Shown piece by piece: positions 24,086 to 35,430 of a stretch of 40,936 nucleotides of DNA; the stretch's first letter is position 1; each line of letters opens with the position of its first letter. The stretch covers positions 1 through 40,936 of the forward strand of contig JAAPAO010000307.1 in NCBI GenBank assembly GCA_013115145.1, given 5' to 3'. Source of the DNA: Perkinsus chesapeaki ATCC PRA-425 (lineage: Eukaryota; Protista; Perkinsozoa). Both the position numbers and the translations under genes were made by a program. The notes below the pieces were generated by a model that saw only the letters and a list, made by a program, of their open reading frames with translations, did no database searches and was not told where the DNA came from.

Positions 24086-24266
24086 TGGGAAAGGACGCAA
24101 TTCTTCTTTGATACCTATCGGTTAAAACCAGCACTACGCTATGCACGTGCGTTACGTTTTAGGCCGATCGAGGGATCCTGGAGCCTACACGCGCCTGGGT
24201 CTCTGTGAACTCCCTATGAATTCGTCGTTTGCTATGGGCAACCATGTAGAAGAGGAGAGCCACTGG

Positions 24267-24289
24267 CTCTGAGCCAGATGATGCTACGG
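24267..24289 (-). other. Degenerate spliced-leader (SL)-like sequence
   Basis: The minus strand reads CCGTAGCATCATCTGGCTCAGAG, versus the Perkinsus/dinoflagellate-type SL ACCGTAGCCATC(T)TGGCTCAAG (recalled from the literature, not looked up). Confidence 0.5.
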
Positions 24290-25044
24290 CAAATATAAGC
24301 GATAACCAATAGTATTCAACAAGTCGGATATAACCATTCCGATAAGCAATCCCCTGATGTGTGGGAAATAGCACGAGACAAGGTTCGTGAATGAGAACTC
24401 AATCCACAAGGATGTATCCCTACTATACTTGAAGCAAGCCACCTCAGTTTACATTGGAGCCTCCAACGTCTTACATTTGCAACATTCAACTCTCGAGAAA
24501 CCAAGCTTCCCCGCAACAATGGGATAATCGAAAACGAATGGAAACTCCACTGTGAAACGTTATCAAGGATACGCCTGAACGGCAGCATGCGGAGGCTCCA
24601 CGCGGCGCGGGGTCCATGTAACCCGTTAACATAAGTCACTCAAAGTTAGTGAGAAACGTCAGCGATACCGCAGCACAACAGCCGTTTTCAACACGGAGCT
24701 GTGCTGGCATCGCAGCAAGTAGTCGTTGACGAACCGGTTACTGACCGGGGTCTGGTTCGTCGGGTAACCGGTGGTTACTCTGTTCAGTATTCGTGACGCA
24801 GGACCTTTTTCAACGGTCCATTGATGCTCCACGATTGTTGATGCTCTTGACTCTTAAGTACAGTGTGATAGGTTAGTTCCTGAGTTACATTTCTTTCGGT
24901 TAGCAAGGTATTTGCTGCGAAAATTCGCAAGGGGATGCATCGTAAAGGCGTGGTAGAAGTGAGGTGCACATTGATGATGGCACTGATTTAGGGTCGGTAC
25001 ATTGCGACAATTCCAGTCCAACAGCACTGCGGAACCTTCGATAA

Positions 25045-25095
25045 ATTCATGAACACCAATAGCCTATTGCCAATATGCTACTGGTGTTCATGAAT
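25045..25095. repeat. 51-nt quasi-palindrome (25-1-25, two mismatches)
   Basis: attcatgaacacca-a-tagc-c-tattg-C-caata-t-gcta-c-tggtgttcatgaat, centred on 25070. Confidence 0.9.
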
Positions 25096-26387
25096 GTCAT
25101 TGAATGTTTATGAATGCCTAATAAGCATTGCCTATTGGCAATAGGGAGCCGAAGAGTGAAGAGAGGTACAGGAGGACCCCCAGTGGGGATTCCCCACTAT
25201 GGGAAAGCGACTACTAGGCTATCGTGAGACGAGTGGTACAAGTGAATGAAGGGCGCACTTGAACTTCCGGTCTGGAAGGTAAACTGGTGAGCGCCATATC
25301 TCCATTTGATGGTACTCCTTCTGTCTATTATAGGTCTACGAGACAAAGCTCTCTATGAAGCGGTATTGGTCAGCAGTCCCATCAATCGAGGAGTTATCCT
25401 AGGCTATTTCCTGGTTCGGCGGTTCACCCGATCCCCTCCTCCCGGGCGGTTAGCTTGCAAAAGGATTGACTGACTATTCGTTTCACAAAGCAACTGGCTT
25501 ACGGAAAAGGGAACTCGTAACAACACAACTAACACCTTAACACAACTTAACTGACAACTAGTTAATTAGGCTAAGGCTCACTAAGCAACTGCTCGAATAC
25601 ACGCTCAGGCTAGCGGTTCCTCAACTCGCTCGCCCGCTTACCGCACCCGTAAGAATCTCAGGCATCATGCCGGGAGCCATACCGAGTGAACTTAGTCAAC
25701 TACGTCAACCCTCAATATAATTGTGTGAGGGTAATGGAATTCATTATGAACTATTCATAGTGTGTTCACGTTATGAGATGGCCACGCTTCTTGCTACTGT
25801 ACCTGCGTACTGGGAATGTAGCTCAGGCTCGTCGACATTTCAAGTACCAGCTGAGCTGCGGAGTGACCATATCTATAAAATGCAATAGTGCATGCGCCAG
25901 TGGCCTCTCATAGAGCTTACTAAGAGAGCATACAGAACCATAGATCATGGGTTTCCGTCACGTATCCGCCAGAGCCGCTAGAAACAATTAGCGAGGTGCG
26001 AGAACCGGCGGATCTCTGATTGAGCTGGAAGCAGAAGCTTTCTCCATTGGAGAATCTCCAACAACCCCTCACACATGGGCGGGTGGGAGGTCAAAGAAAA
26101 TCGATTGCACGGCAGCTCTTTAGCGACCTAGCAAGCGAGCCTTGTGGAATAAGCCGCGTACATTTCGGTGTAGCGAACAGCAGCCGGGCGGCCCGGCGCG
26201 GGCCACGAGAGTCCGGCCGGATACTCCCCGATTTTACTTCGGCGCATTTCGTTTATCGTACTATAAAATGAGCCAAAGAACTTTCCTCGCTTTTTTTCGA
26301 AAAAGCGAGCATAGTCAGGGATAGGAAGGAGATATCTTTGTTCTGCGGCACCGTAATTTGCAAGTCCCGTATTTATATTTCAAAGTT

Positions 26388-26978
26388 ATGGCTGAATCTT
26401 CCACAGACAACAACGTCAACGACCTTGCGGTATCTATGGCCGAGCACTCGGAAGGAAGTCCCGTGGAAAACAGAAAGGCTGGCTACAAGCAGGCTGAGTG
26501 AGTTGGCCATCGTTAAAGTGAACAGGCGAAGAACCTTTCGTAGGCATGTGCACAAAGTGGTGACGCCCATAATCGACCTTGTTGTGAGTACCTGCTTTAA
26601 TCGCACGAAGACGTTGATGAGCAGCGATGATGAGCGGGAAAGGGAAAGGTTCACGTGCAGTTGAGGGAGTTGCTGCTGAATATCACGTCAGGGTGGATAA
26701 GCCGGAGTTCAAATTGGAGCTTATTGAGGAGTGCATCCACACTATCTGTGATAAGTATGATGTACCGGATGATCGGAGGCCGAAACCTATGGGAGTATCC
26801 GCAGCTGATGTAAAGCATTCTTCCTAAAATCCTGTGTTATACGCGGATCACCTTTGCACAGATTAAAGCGATGGAAGAAAGCATAGCAGCTCTACAGAAG
26901 CAGATCGACGAAGAGAAGGAGATGAGAGAGTTAAAGAGGAAACCGAAGTCTCAGCCTCAGCCTAAAGAAGAATCCTGA
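26388..26978 (+). CDS. Small multi-exon hypothetical protein with a C-terminal coiled coil
   Basis: MAESSTDNNVNDLAVSMAEHSEGSPVENRKAGYKQAE/RRTFRRHVHKVVTPIIDLV/...VEGVAAEYHVRVDKPEFKLELIEEC...AAD/IKAMEESIAALQKQIDEEKEMRELKRK...EES*, with GT-AG introns. One splice junction is unresolved. Confidence 0.65.
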
Positions 26979-27291
26979 GGCACTGACCTTCTTTCATGCG
27001 ACATACGAAGTGTTTGAATCGAACGTGTGTGGCGTAGTGTTAGGAGACTATTGTCTAGCTACTCTGTTATTTTCGCTGTAACCCTACATCGAAAAAGTTT
27101 ACGGGTTAAATTACTTCCTCCGCCGATATGGATGGCAGTGGCCGGGCCACCGTGGCCCCCACTGAGTGGGGTACCACCAGTTGGCGTGCAGAAGGCGGCA
27201 GCTTCGACACAACAGTATCCGTCCAGCTTCTAAATGAATTGTACGAGTCGTACAGTACGACTGCTGAATATAATCATCGTATTATTGTATA

Positions 27292-27363
27292 GGGCGTGTG
27301 GTGTAGAGGTATCACGTCTGCTTTGCATGCAGAAGGCCCCGAGTTCAATTCTCGGCACGTCCA
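27292..27363 (+). tRNA. trnA-UGC: tRNA-Ala (anticodon UGC)
   Basis: 72-nt cloverleaf: acceptor GGGCGTG/CACGTCC with the G3:U70 alanine identity pair, anticodon arm TCTGC-TTTGCAT-GCAGA, T arm CCGAG-TTCAATT-CTCGG, discriminator A. Confidence 0.97.
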
Positions 27364-27783
27364 CGTTAATATGCACCGTGGCATATAACACTTTGTGACT
27401 TGCGACTTGCCTGTGGGCGAGCGCCATCTTGCCGGCTTCCGCGCCCGCCCTTACCGTCACTACTGGCCTCATTGGCATCAACGCTGACCGTCATAGTACA
27501 CCGTCCTGATATATTGCCATATCGTTCGGACGGCGGGCCGCGCTGCTCTCCTCGCAGAGTCTAACTAAAACTAAGCTTGATCGGTGCATTCTTTATAGAG
27601 TGCTCCACACAACTATGTATTAGCTTCCATGTTGTGGTGTCTTTTTCATCGATAGTCCTTCGACGTTACTTCAGTATAGTCCAATAATGTAGTTACTGGA
27701 ATCCAAATCAGCAGACGTGGCTGGAGTCAGCTACTAACGGCAGTGATTCTGGCAGTCATACTTTGTTACCCAGTTTTCACAGT

Positions 27784-30700
27784 ATGAAGACCTCATCGAA
27801 CAGGACGGCCTTCATAGCGTTCGCTCCAGAAGGGGCATCCTCGCCTGACCGAAGGAATGTATTGGCAATGGGAGGAGCTACCTCTGGTGGGCTCAAACTC
27901 GGTGTAATTGGGTAACCTTGCGACTTTTGTGGTGCAGGTATCAGCGGCAATGATTTTTCAACTAATACCAAGCTAGAGTTCGCCAAGATGGATCTTGGGA
28001 GTAACGACGCAGAGATGCCGGTAGTAACGGCGGGCTCGGGAGTACTGTTGTCGAACAGTAGGGTCTCGTAGATACTAGCGTCAATCGATCTGGAGTCTCC
28101 TTTCCATTCGCTTGACTGGGGCACCTTTCCGGATTCATCCAAGCTCCCCATGGGCATCCTTGCTGGCGGTTTAGGAGATGGTAAAGCGTCATGAAACAGC
28201 AGTTGGTGATGGGTTATCAGGCACGGTGCGTCTTTGGGATCCATCAGCAATATTGGACGGGGGTGGCAGAGAGCATGGGACTTTGAATGAAATGCAGCTC
28301 CATAATGGCATGCCCACTACAGCAGTAAGAGCGACACCAATGGCATCAGGAGTTCACTACCTATCATGTACAGTTGCAATTTCATCCGGCCAAGCCTGGT
28401 CTGATTGGCTCTGGTGGGGCTGATGGAGAGGTTAATATCATTAGTTGTGACAATCCCCGAAATCCCAGTGTTTTCAAACCAACTCATGGTCCGAATAAGC
28501 ACGCGGGTAAGGGGGCGAGTTGGTGGTACACGTAATGTTGATAATGGTGTGCGTCGGCAGGTACTGAGGTCACCTGTCTAGACTGGAATCGGAAGGTCCA
28601 GCATATTTTGGCCACAGCTAGTGGTAAGTAGTTGGGGTCGGTTAGCGGTCATTGCAGAGGATTATTAGGCACTAACGGGTTGACGGTCGTATGGGATTTA
28701 AAGTCCAAGAAGGAGGTTATTGGCTTTAGAGATCCCGGCAACAGAACTAGGTAAAATGGCCAAGTGTGATGAGGAGGGTTTAATGCATTGTACATGGTAG
28801 GGTGTCGAGCTTGCTGTGGCACCCTGATATCCCCACCCAACTGCTCGTGGCATACAATGATGATAACAATCCGACTGTCCAGTTTTGGGACCTTCGAAAT
28901 TGTCGGTATCCGTTCAAGGAGACCTCAGGCCACACTAAGGTGGGTTATTGATGGGTAAGTGGTTGAGCTACATTTTAACTTTAGGGCATCACCTGTGCCT
29001 CCTACTGTCCTCAAGATAGTTCCCTGTTATTAACATCAGGCAGGGACAATAGAAGTGTTGTTTGGCATATGGGCGAGGGACCATCTGTAGCCGCTGGTCA
29101 AGGTGTGCCGAATCAGGATCAGGTAGGAGGAGGATGAGGAGGGGAATGATGGAACTTCAAAGGGATTAAAATGCATATAATCGTTCGGATGGATTAAAAT
29201 GCATATAATCGTTCGGATGGATTAAAATGCATATAATCGTTCGGATGGATCCCTTCTCTTGTATTTATAGTCTGTTTGTTAGTCCTCTTCCTCCTCCTCA
29301 TCAATGGATATCTTTGCCGAGCTCCAATGTACTTCCCCAGCATTCGATGTTGCCTGGAGCCATGCTTCCCCGGGTATAGTAGCTACATCTAACACTAATG
29401 GTAATAACAACAACACCAACTTAGCATTGCCTTGGTCGTCTAGGTAAAGTATGTGTGCAGAGTGTAGCAGCGAGACAGTATGTCACCAATGTGAGGAATC
29501 CACCAAAGTGGCAGAAGGTACGCCTGTTGTTCGTGCTGCTGAGTATGTTGGTTGTCAGGAGCCGGTTGGAGTATCTTTTGGTTTCGCTGGTAAGATGGTG
29601 TCATTTGGCCCAAACAGCACGTAGGGAGGATATGGTCCATGGGAAGAAGTGTTGTATTCAGGGAAGTTAACATTCAAGTGGTTCCCGAGGAGCCGGCGCT
29701 CGTTAAAGAGGCTGATAGGTTTGAGAACTATTTGGCTAGAGGTAGCAAAGGAAGGGACCTGCCGCCGCCGCCGACACCTCGCCCCCCCTCCCCCGGGTTG
29801 ATCTTCTGCCCATCACAGCCTTCGTTCGAATGTAACATCGGTATCTATTATAATAAATACAATATAAATGCTGCATGGCATTGTTGAATGTAGTTTAGTT
29901 ATTAGAATCACGTATGTGGAACAATATCGGTTACTGTCATACCGCTCTTCGGTTTAATCGTGCCTTGAAGGGTGGGCTTTCCTTGCTTTGAGCGCCGCCG
30001 TTGCCATCATCCCACCCTGTAGGTGCGTTGAAGGAGTATTGTGAGGTTAAGATTGATGAGACTAAAGATGATCATGAAAAGCTAAGTTGGGATATTATGT
30101 CGTGTCTCTTTGATGAGGACTATCGGCAGGAGGTAGGGGACGGGTTCCGGAGGAGGAGGAGGAGGAGGAGGAGGAGGAGCGGGGGAGGAGTTAGGATGTT
30201 GATCAGGTTGTGGGGAAGATAGGCATCGATCACAATGATATAGTAAGGGCTGCGGAGCAGTATCTGGGGAGGCCAGTTAAGAGGGATAGGAGCGATAATG
30301 CAATATCAGCCCAAGGTGAGCAAGACAGCAGCACGGTGGAAGGGAAAATTACGTAATTTTTAGGCGGAGCGACGCAGGGGGAGATGGCTGATGGTCAACA
30401 GATGCAGGAGCAACAAGTAGCACCTATGGACTCTGAGCAAGCTGAGAACTTGTTTGATACTCTAGCGAGGTAGTGGTGCATGCTCGATACCAGATGGGCG
30501 GAGGATCGAATCCTGGTGATGCATTTTAGGACTAACGAGGAGTCCGAGCAGCAGCAGGCAGCTGAGCAAGGAGGTGGCGGGTCCTCTGCTGGGGGCCTTC
30601 TCAGCCCAATCGCAGACGTCACTCGTACGGTAAGTTGCTGCATCGGCCCTGACCGGCACTAGTACCTCCCGCTACTGTTCAGGAGACGGATTGGTCTAGT

Positions 30701-33636
30701 GGGGTGGAGCACATTATTAAACAGAGCCTCCTGGTTGGTGACCTTAACGCAGCTGTTGACTGCTGTATGAGGTCTGGCAAATACGCAGATGCATTGCTGT
30801 TGGCATCTGGTGGTGGACAGGACTTATGGCTCAGGACTAGGGATGAGTATATGAGAAGGCAACAGGATCCATTCTTCAGGATGGTAGTGCTAGTCGGGGG
30901 GGAAGATGTCGAAGGGAGGAAAATCGCTGCAGTATTATTGAATTGAATCCTTGCCTTGACGTGTTGCCCCTCGGGGACTATTTGTATTTCGTTTAGCATT
31001 GTCCCTAAGATTTGTAGAGGTTGCCTTGTATCAGGTGTCCTATATTATGACCAATGATATGGATAAACTTGTTGCCACCTCTGACCTTAACACTTGGCAG
31101 GAGACATTAGCGATCCTATGCACCTACGCCAATGAGCAGGAGTAAGGGGACTACAACACACATCTCGATGATCGGTAATCGAACTTGTCCAGGTTTCCAC
31201 AACTTTGCGAGACCCTGGCCCAGCGCCTGGAGAAGGAGCGGTTCGATGTCAGAGCTGCGGTGCTGTGCTATATGATATGCGGCAACTTCACGTAGGGAGT
31301 GTTAGGCAGCGGTTATTATTACGGACACGGTGCTCTCAGGCAAACCGTTCGGATCTGGGCATCGATGTCGACGCCGGGCGCCTCCTCTCAGTCTACCGCA
31401 CTGCAGGACTTGGTTGAAAAGATGGCCGTGATGCAGGTAGATAGGGGAAGGGGTTGTGCTGGTAGAAGGAGAAGTGTTGTCGTTTAGGCGGCAGTGAAGT
31501 ACGAGGGGAAGGACACTATATTTGTTTCTAAAGTGTCGAGGTAGGCGGGCAGAGGAGGAGGAGGTTACAGAGCGTGGCACGGGAATGCTTCTTGAGGGGG
31601 GAATATGCTAATTGGTTCTGGAACACATGATGTAGATACGCGCAGATGTTGGCTAATAGTGGCAGAGTTACGGCAGCTATGAGATATCTCACAATCATCA
31701 AGGATCCCAACGGGGGTAATCCGTGGGTTCGATCCCCGGCAGGGGCATCTTAATGTATTATTCTAGGTAATCAATATCAGCATTCAGCAGCAGCAGCAGG
31801 TCATAACGCGTCGTCTGATATACTAAAGGACCGTAGGGTGGTATAGTGGGCGGCAGATGAGCGGAGATGGATTGCACTCAGGCATTTACAACTCCGCGCC
31901 ACTGGGTGTTATGAACCAGATCGTCCCGACTCCTCCGCCCTTCCCATTCCAGCCAGTATCGCTGCAGCCAGCAGTGCAGCAACAGCAGCCGAGGGGAGGA
32001 ATGATGCAACAACAACAGCAGCATACAGCGACAGGTGCGGGGATCGAACTCGGGTGCATGGGTTATTAGAAGTGAACGGTCAGGTCGGACACCTTATGGC
32101 CAACGCCCCTCCGTATCAGGGTACCAGCCGCAACAGCAGGCAGCTCAGCACCAGGTGAGCATCAAACGACAACGCTGCTGGGGTGATTGGTCATCAGGGT
32201 TATATGAGACCGGTCGCCGGTGGGGCACCAGCCACCCCTGCGGGAGGATACGGCCACGCCAAGCCGCCCATGGGACCCCATGGGGCTCCCAGTGTGGCGT
32301 CGACTGGATATGGAATGAACCAAGGGTAGGATATTGCCTCTCGCTGGTGGTGCTCATTCGAAAGCTTGCAGGCTTGCTGCAGCTCCGTCACCGGTGAATC
32401 GCCAAATGGTGCCACCGCAGCCCACTGGTATGCCGGGCACGATGCCGCCTGGTCGGGGTGTTGGTCAGCAGTCGCCCTATAACGCTCCTGTCGCACCAGC
32501 TGCTCCTTCTGCTCAAAGTGGGTATGGTAATCAGCAAGGAGGGTATCAAGGGCAGCAGCATATAGCGGGGGGATATCCCGCTCAGCAACAACAAGCAGCA
32601 GCAGGAGGAGGAGGAGGCTATGGCGCCCAGCAGCAGCAGTCGGGGTATGGCACACCTGGCAGATATGCTGGGCAGAGGTCCCCAAGGCAACAACAGTATG
32701 GTGGTTATGGTAGTCAGCAATATGGTATGCAACAAGCTGGAGGCATGTCACCAGCGATGAACGGTCCTACAGGGTAGGGAGGGGGGTATTCCAATTGATA
32801 GGTGATGATGATTGTTGTTAGTCAACAACCTATGAGAAGTGGAATGGCTACACCTGTACAGCAGTCAGCAGCAGGACCAATGGGAGGGGGTGCAGCCAGC
32901 ACTAGTAGGCGGGAGAAATAGTATGGCGTTAGTTACATCATCCATATTATAGGGTCCTCTACGGCCCCTCATGCCGCCGCTGTTGCCACCACACCTGGCT
33001 TGCCGGTCAGTTGGCCAGTCCCGACTTCAGTACGGATATCTGCCCTCTATCTGCTAGTTGTACAGTGATTGTCAGGTTCAGCAAGCTGGCTACAGTAACC
33101 CAGCCACTCTGAGCGGCAATCAGGCAGTTGGTGCCCATAGTGCTCCTGTCCAACCCATGGCCCATCCGATGGCCCCGGCTGAGGTGGCTAACTGTCAGAG
33201 GGTAGAAGGAGGAGGAGAGTTATTGCGGACTGCCATGCTTACTTGGGAGCGTTAGGTGCTCAATCAGCTTTTGGAGATCAACTGCCAGGACGGCAACCGA
33301 CGGAAACGTAGGCGAGGTGAAGCGTGGGGGGGAGTATTCGATTCATCAGGGGAGGATCTCACCAAGCGCCTTGATGAGCTTTATACCAAGCTGCAGAGTG
33401 GCGACATCTCAGAGACGGCACAGGAGAAGGTTAAGGAGCTGTGTACGGCTATAGACGCTCAGGACTTCAACGCTGCCAAGAGGATCGTGGTAGGAAGGCT
33501 GTGGGGCTTGCCAGTGGGGACTGCTGTTAATGCTCCTCGGTATTGTTGCTTTGGTCAGACGGATCTTAGTGCTCACGACTGGGACCATAACAAAAACTGG
33601 GTTATGGGTTTGAGGAGATTGATGCCATCTCACTAG
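27784..33636 (+). CDS. SEC31: COPII outer-coat protein Sec31 (many exons)
   Basis: N-terminus MKTSSNRTAFIAFAP...DFSTNTKLEF...LDWG...GILAGGLGDG/TVRLWDPS and WD40 exons (WDLK, VQFWDLRN, VRNPPKW). ACE1 region IKQSLLVGDL.AAVDCC...ADALLLA and WQETLAILCTYA, a Pro/Gln/Gly-rich linker, and C-terminal KRLDELYTKLQSG...HDWDHNKNWVMGLRRL. Confidence 0.95.
29163..29250. repeat. Perfect 28-bp tandem repeat x3 (+4 nt) inside a Sec31 intron
   Basis: Unit ggattaaaatgcatataatcgttcggat at 29163, 29191 and 29219. Confidence 0.97.
30149..30179. repeat. (GGA)n microsatellite in a Sec31 intron
   Basis: About 10 consecutive GGA units. Confidence 0.9.
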
Positions 33637-33800
33637 GCTGCTGCTGATGCTGCCGCTTCCTTTCATAAGTGTTCATTCGGTAGCTGACTGGCGGCGGCGG
33701 CGGCCGACGCTGTTTTATCATACAGTGATGGTAGTCTCAGTGAAGGCATGTTCGGTTGTTGTGTTGAGGGTTATGCGAGTTAATAAAGATTAGTTTAATA

Positions 33801-35430
33801 ATGAGTGAACGGGAAAGGTCGGCTATTGGTCGGCCTAGAAAAGGCTCGAGTGCTGCGCCAGCAGCAGCATCAACTGGCAAGCGGAAGGTGCGTCTCTCCT
33901 GTGAGTTTGAGGCTGTAAGTTGATGCATTTAGGGCGGCGGCGGCAACGATCCGTCACCGTCCGGTAGCGGCTCGGGTGGCACGCCACCCCCGACTAAAGG
34001 CAGTTTTTTGAGAAGGTCTCCGATGGTTATTAACAATCCTGATAGGGACTGTCAGGAAATGAGCTGGAGTCTGAGGTGGCGCTTGGAGGAGGCCTCTTTC
34101 AGTCGTATCTGATTTCCTGTATCACTGGGACGTGTTGCCATAGTAGCAAGTGGTGGGTACAGGAGCTTCAAGGGGAAGAATGAGGCGGCCACCAGCTTGA
34201 TCTTAAAACATTCCTGAATGTGTGATTGAAAATCTGCTGCTGCTAATGATGAAAATGCACTCATCTGCTCAGCATGTTCTGAGTTGCTGACTCAAGCACT
34301 GTCCTCCTCCTCCTCCTTGATGGCAGATACGTGGACCGAAAGATACAGGTGTCGAATAACAGGCTGGTCGCTACAGGCGATCAGGGCTACTCCACAGTAC
34401 CCGCTGGTAACTGCCGTTGATAGTTCAGTACACTAGTAGCAGGTATTGGCAACCCATGGTGCCAGCAGTGGCAGCTGGTACTATGAACTAACGTTCGTTG
34501 GGGCCTCGGCTGGGTCGAGGCACGGGCCATCGGCGAGGATGGAGCCTCATATTAGAATTGGATGGTCTACGCGGATGACACGGTATGACATGCCTCTCGG
34601 CAGCGACTGCTTCTCGTTTGCTATGCGTGATATTGATGGGAGCAAGATAGTAAGTGAATGGCTAGGGCTCACTGATGATGATAGGGTTGTTGCTGTGCAG
34701 GTGGTGGCTCGGAGGATACCGTATGGGCGGAGGAGGATACTGCCGGGAGATACGGTAAGGAAATGCCTTATCCCATTCTACAGTACACAAAAGTCGTCAA
34801 ATTTCATTCTTGTTCTCTTCCACCGGCGTACATCTCAGATAGGATGCCACTTGTACATTCGAGATGCCCCTAAAGCCCCTTTACGATGCGACGATGGTCG
34901 ACCAGAGAGCTCCCTATGGCTGACTGGTAGACAGTCACTCCTGTCTTTGCTGCTGCTGGTGCTGCCTTATTAGTTCGCCAGGCTTGTTATGTGATCCTGA
35001 GGACCCCCCTATCCCAAGTATATCGGAAGGGTCCAGTATATCCTATTCGGTGAATGGTGATAGCTTAGGTGTAGCCTTTGAAGATGTTGTTGAGGGAGAG
35101 TACGCTATTTTACATAATCAACGCCAGTGCTCTTCGGTTAGGTATTTCCCGGCGGTTTCATTATACGGTGGTGCGGTGGTCGAAGCCAACTTCGGTCCCG
35201 CCTTCAAGTGTCCTCCACCAGAAGGAGCCCGGCCATGTTCCGAGATGTACTGTAACGTCGACTGGTGTGGATTGATGTGGAGAGTCAGGTTTGTTGCTGA
35301 TGATGGTGCCCCTCCTCTACGACCGGCACATTACATTCCAAGAGGGGCGACATCAGAGACCAAACTGGCGGCTTCAGAGATGATATTGTCAAGTCCGAAG
35401 GTGGAGGATTCGGCTATATCATCATTTTAA
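33801..35430 (+). CDS. ASH2L: ASH2L/Bre2-like SPRY-domain protein (COMPASS subunit homolog), multi-exon
   Basis: DRKIQVSNNRLVATGDQGYST/VLATHGASSGSWYYE, IRIGWS...MPLGSDCFSFAMRDIDGSK and YFPAVSLYGGAVVEANFGPAFKCPP parallel the ASH2L SPRY motifs (GYSMVRASHG, GWS..PLG.D.FSY, YFPAISLY...NFGP.FKYPP). The N-terminus has a GRPRK AT-hook-like motif. Confidence 0.85.

Noticed and set aside
27777-28250. 157-aa minus-strand ORF
   Set aside because: Antisense shadow of the Sec31 5' exons, which have clear homology on the plus strand.
29163-29250. CRISPR-like 28-bp direct repeats
   Set aside because: The units are contiguous with no spacers, lie in a eukaryotic intron, and no cas genes are present.
31700-32060. 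Possible intronic tRNA genes suggested by TTCGA motifs
   Set aside because: No acceptor, D or anticodon arms can be built; kept only as a B-box-like inverted repeat.
32035-32777. Several long overlapping ORFs on both strands
   Set aside because: A by-product of the CAG/GGN-rich low-complexity Sec31 linker, which lacks stops in several frames.
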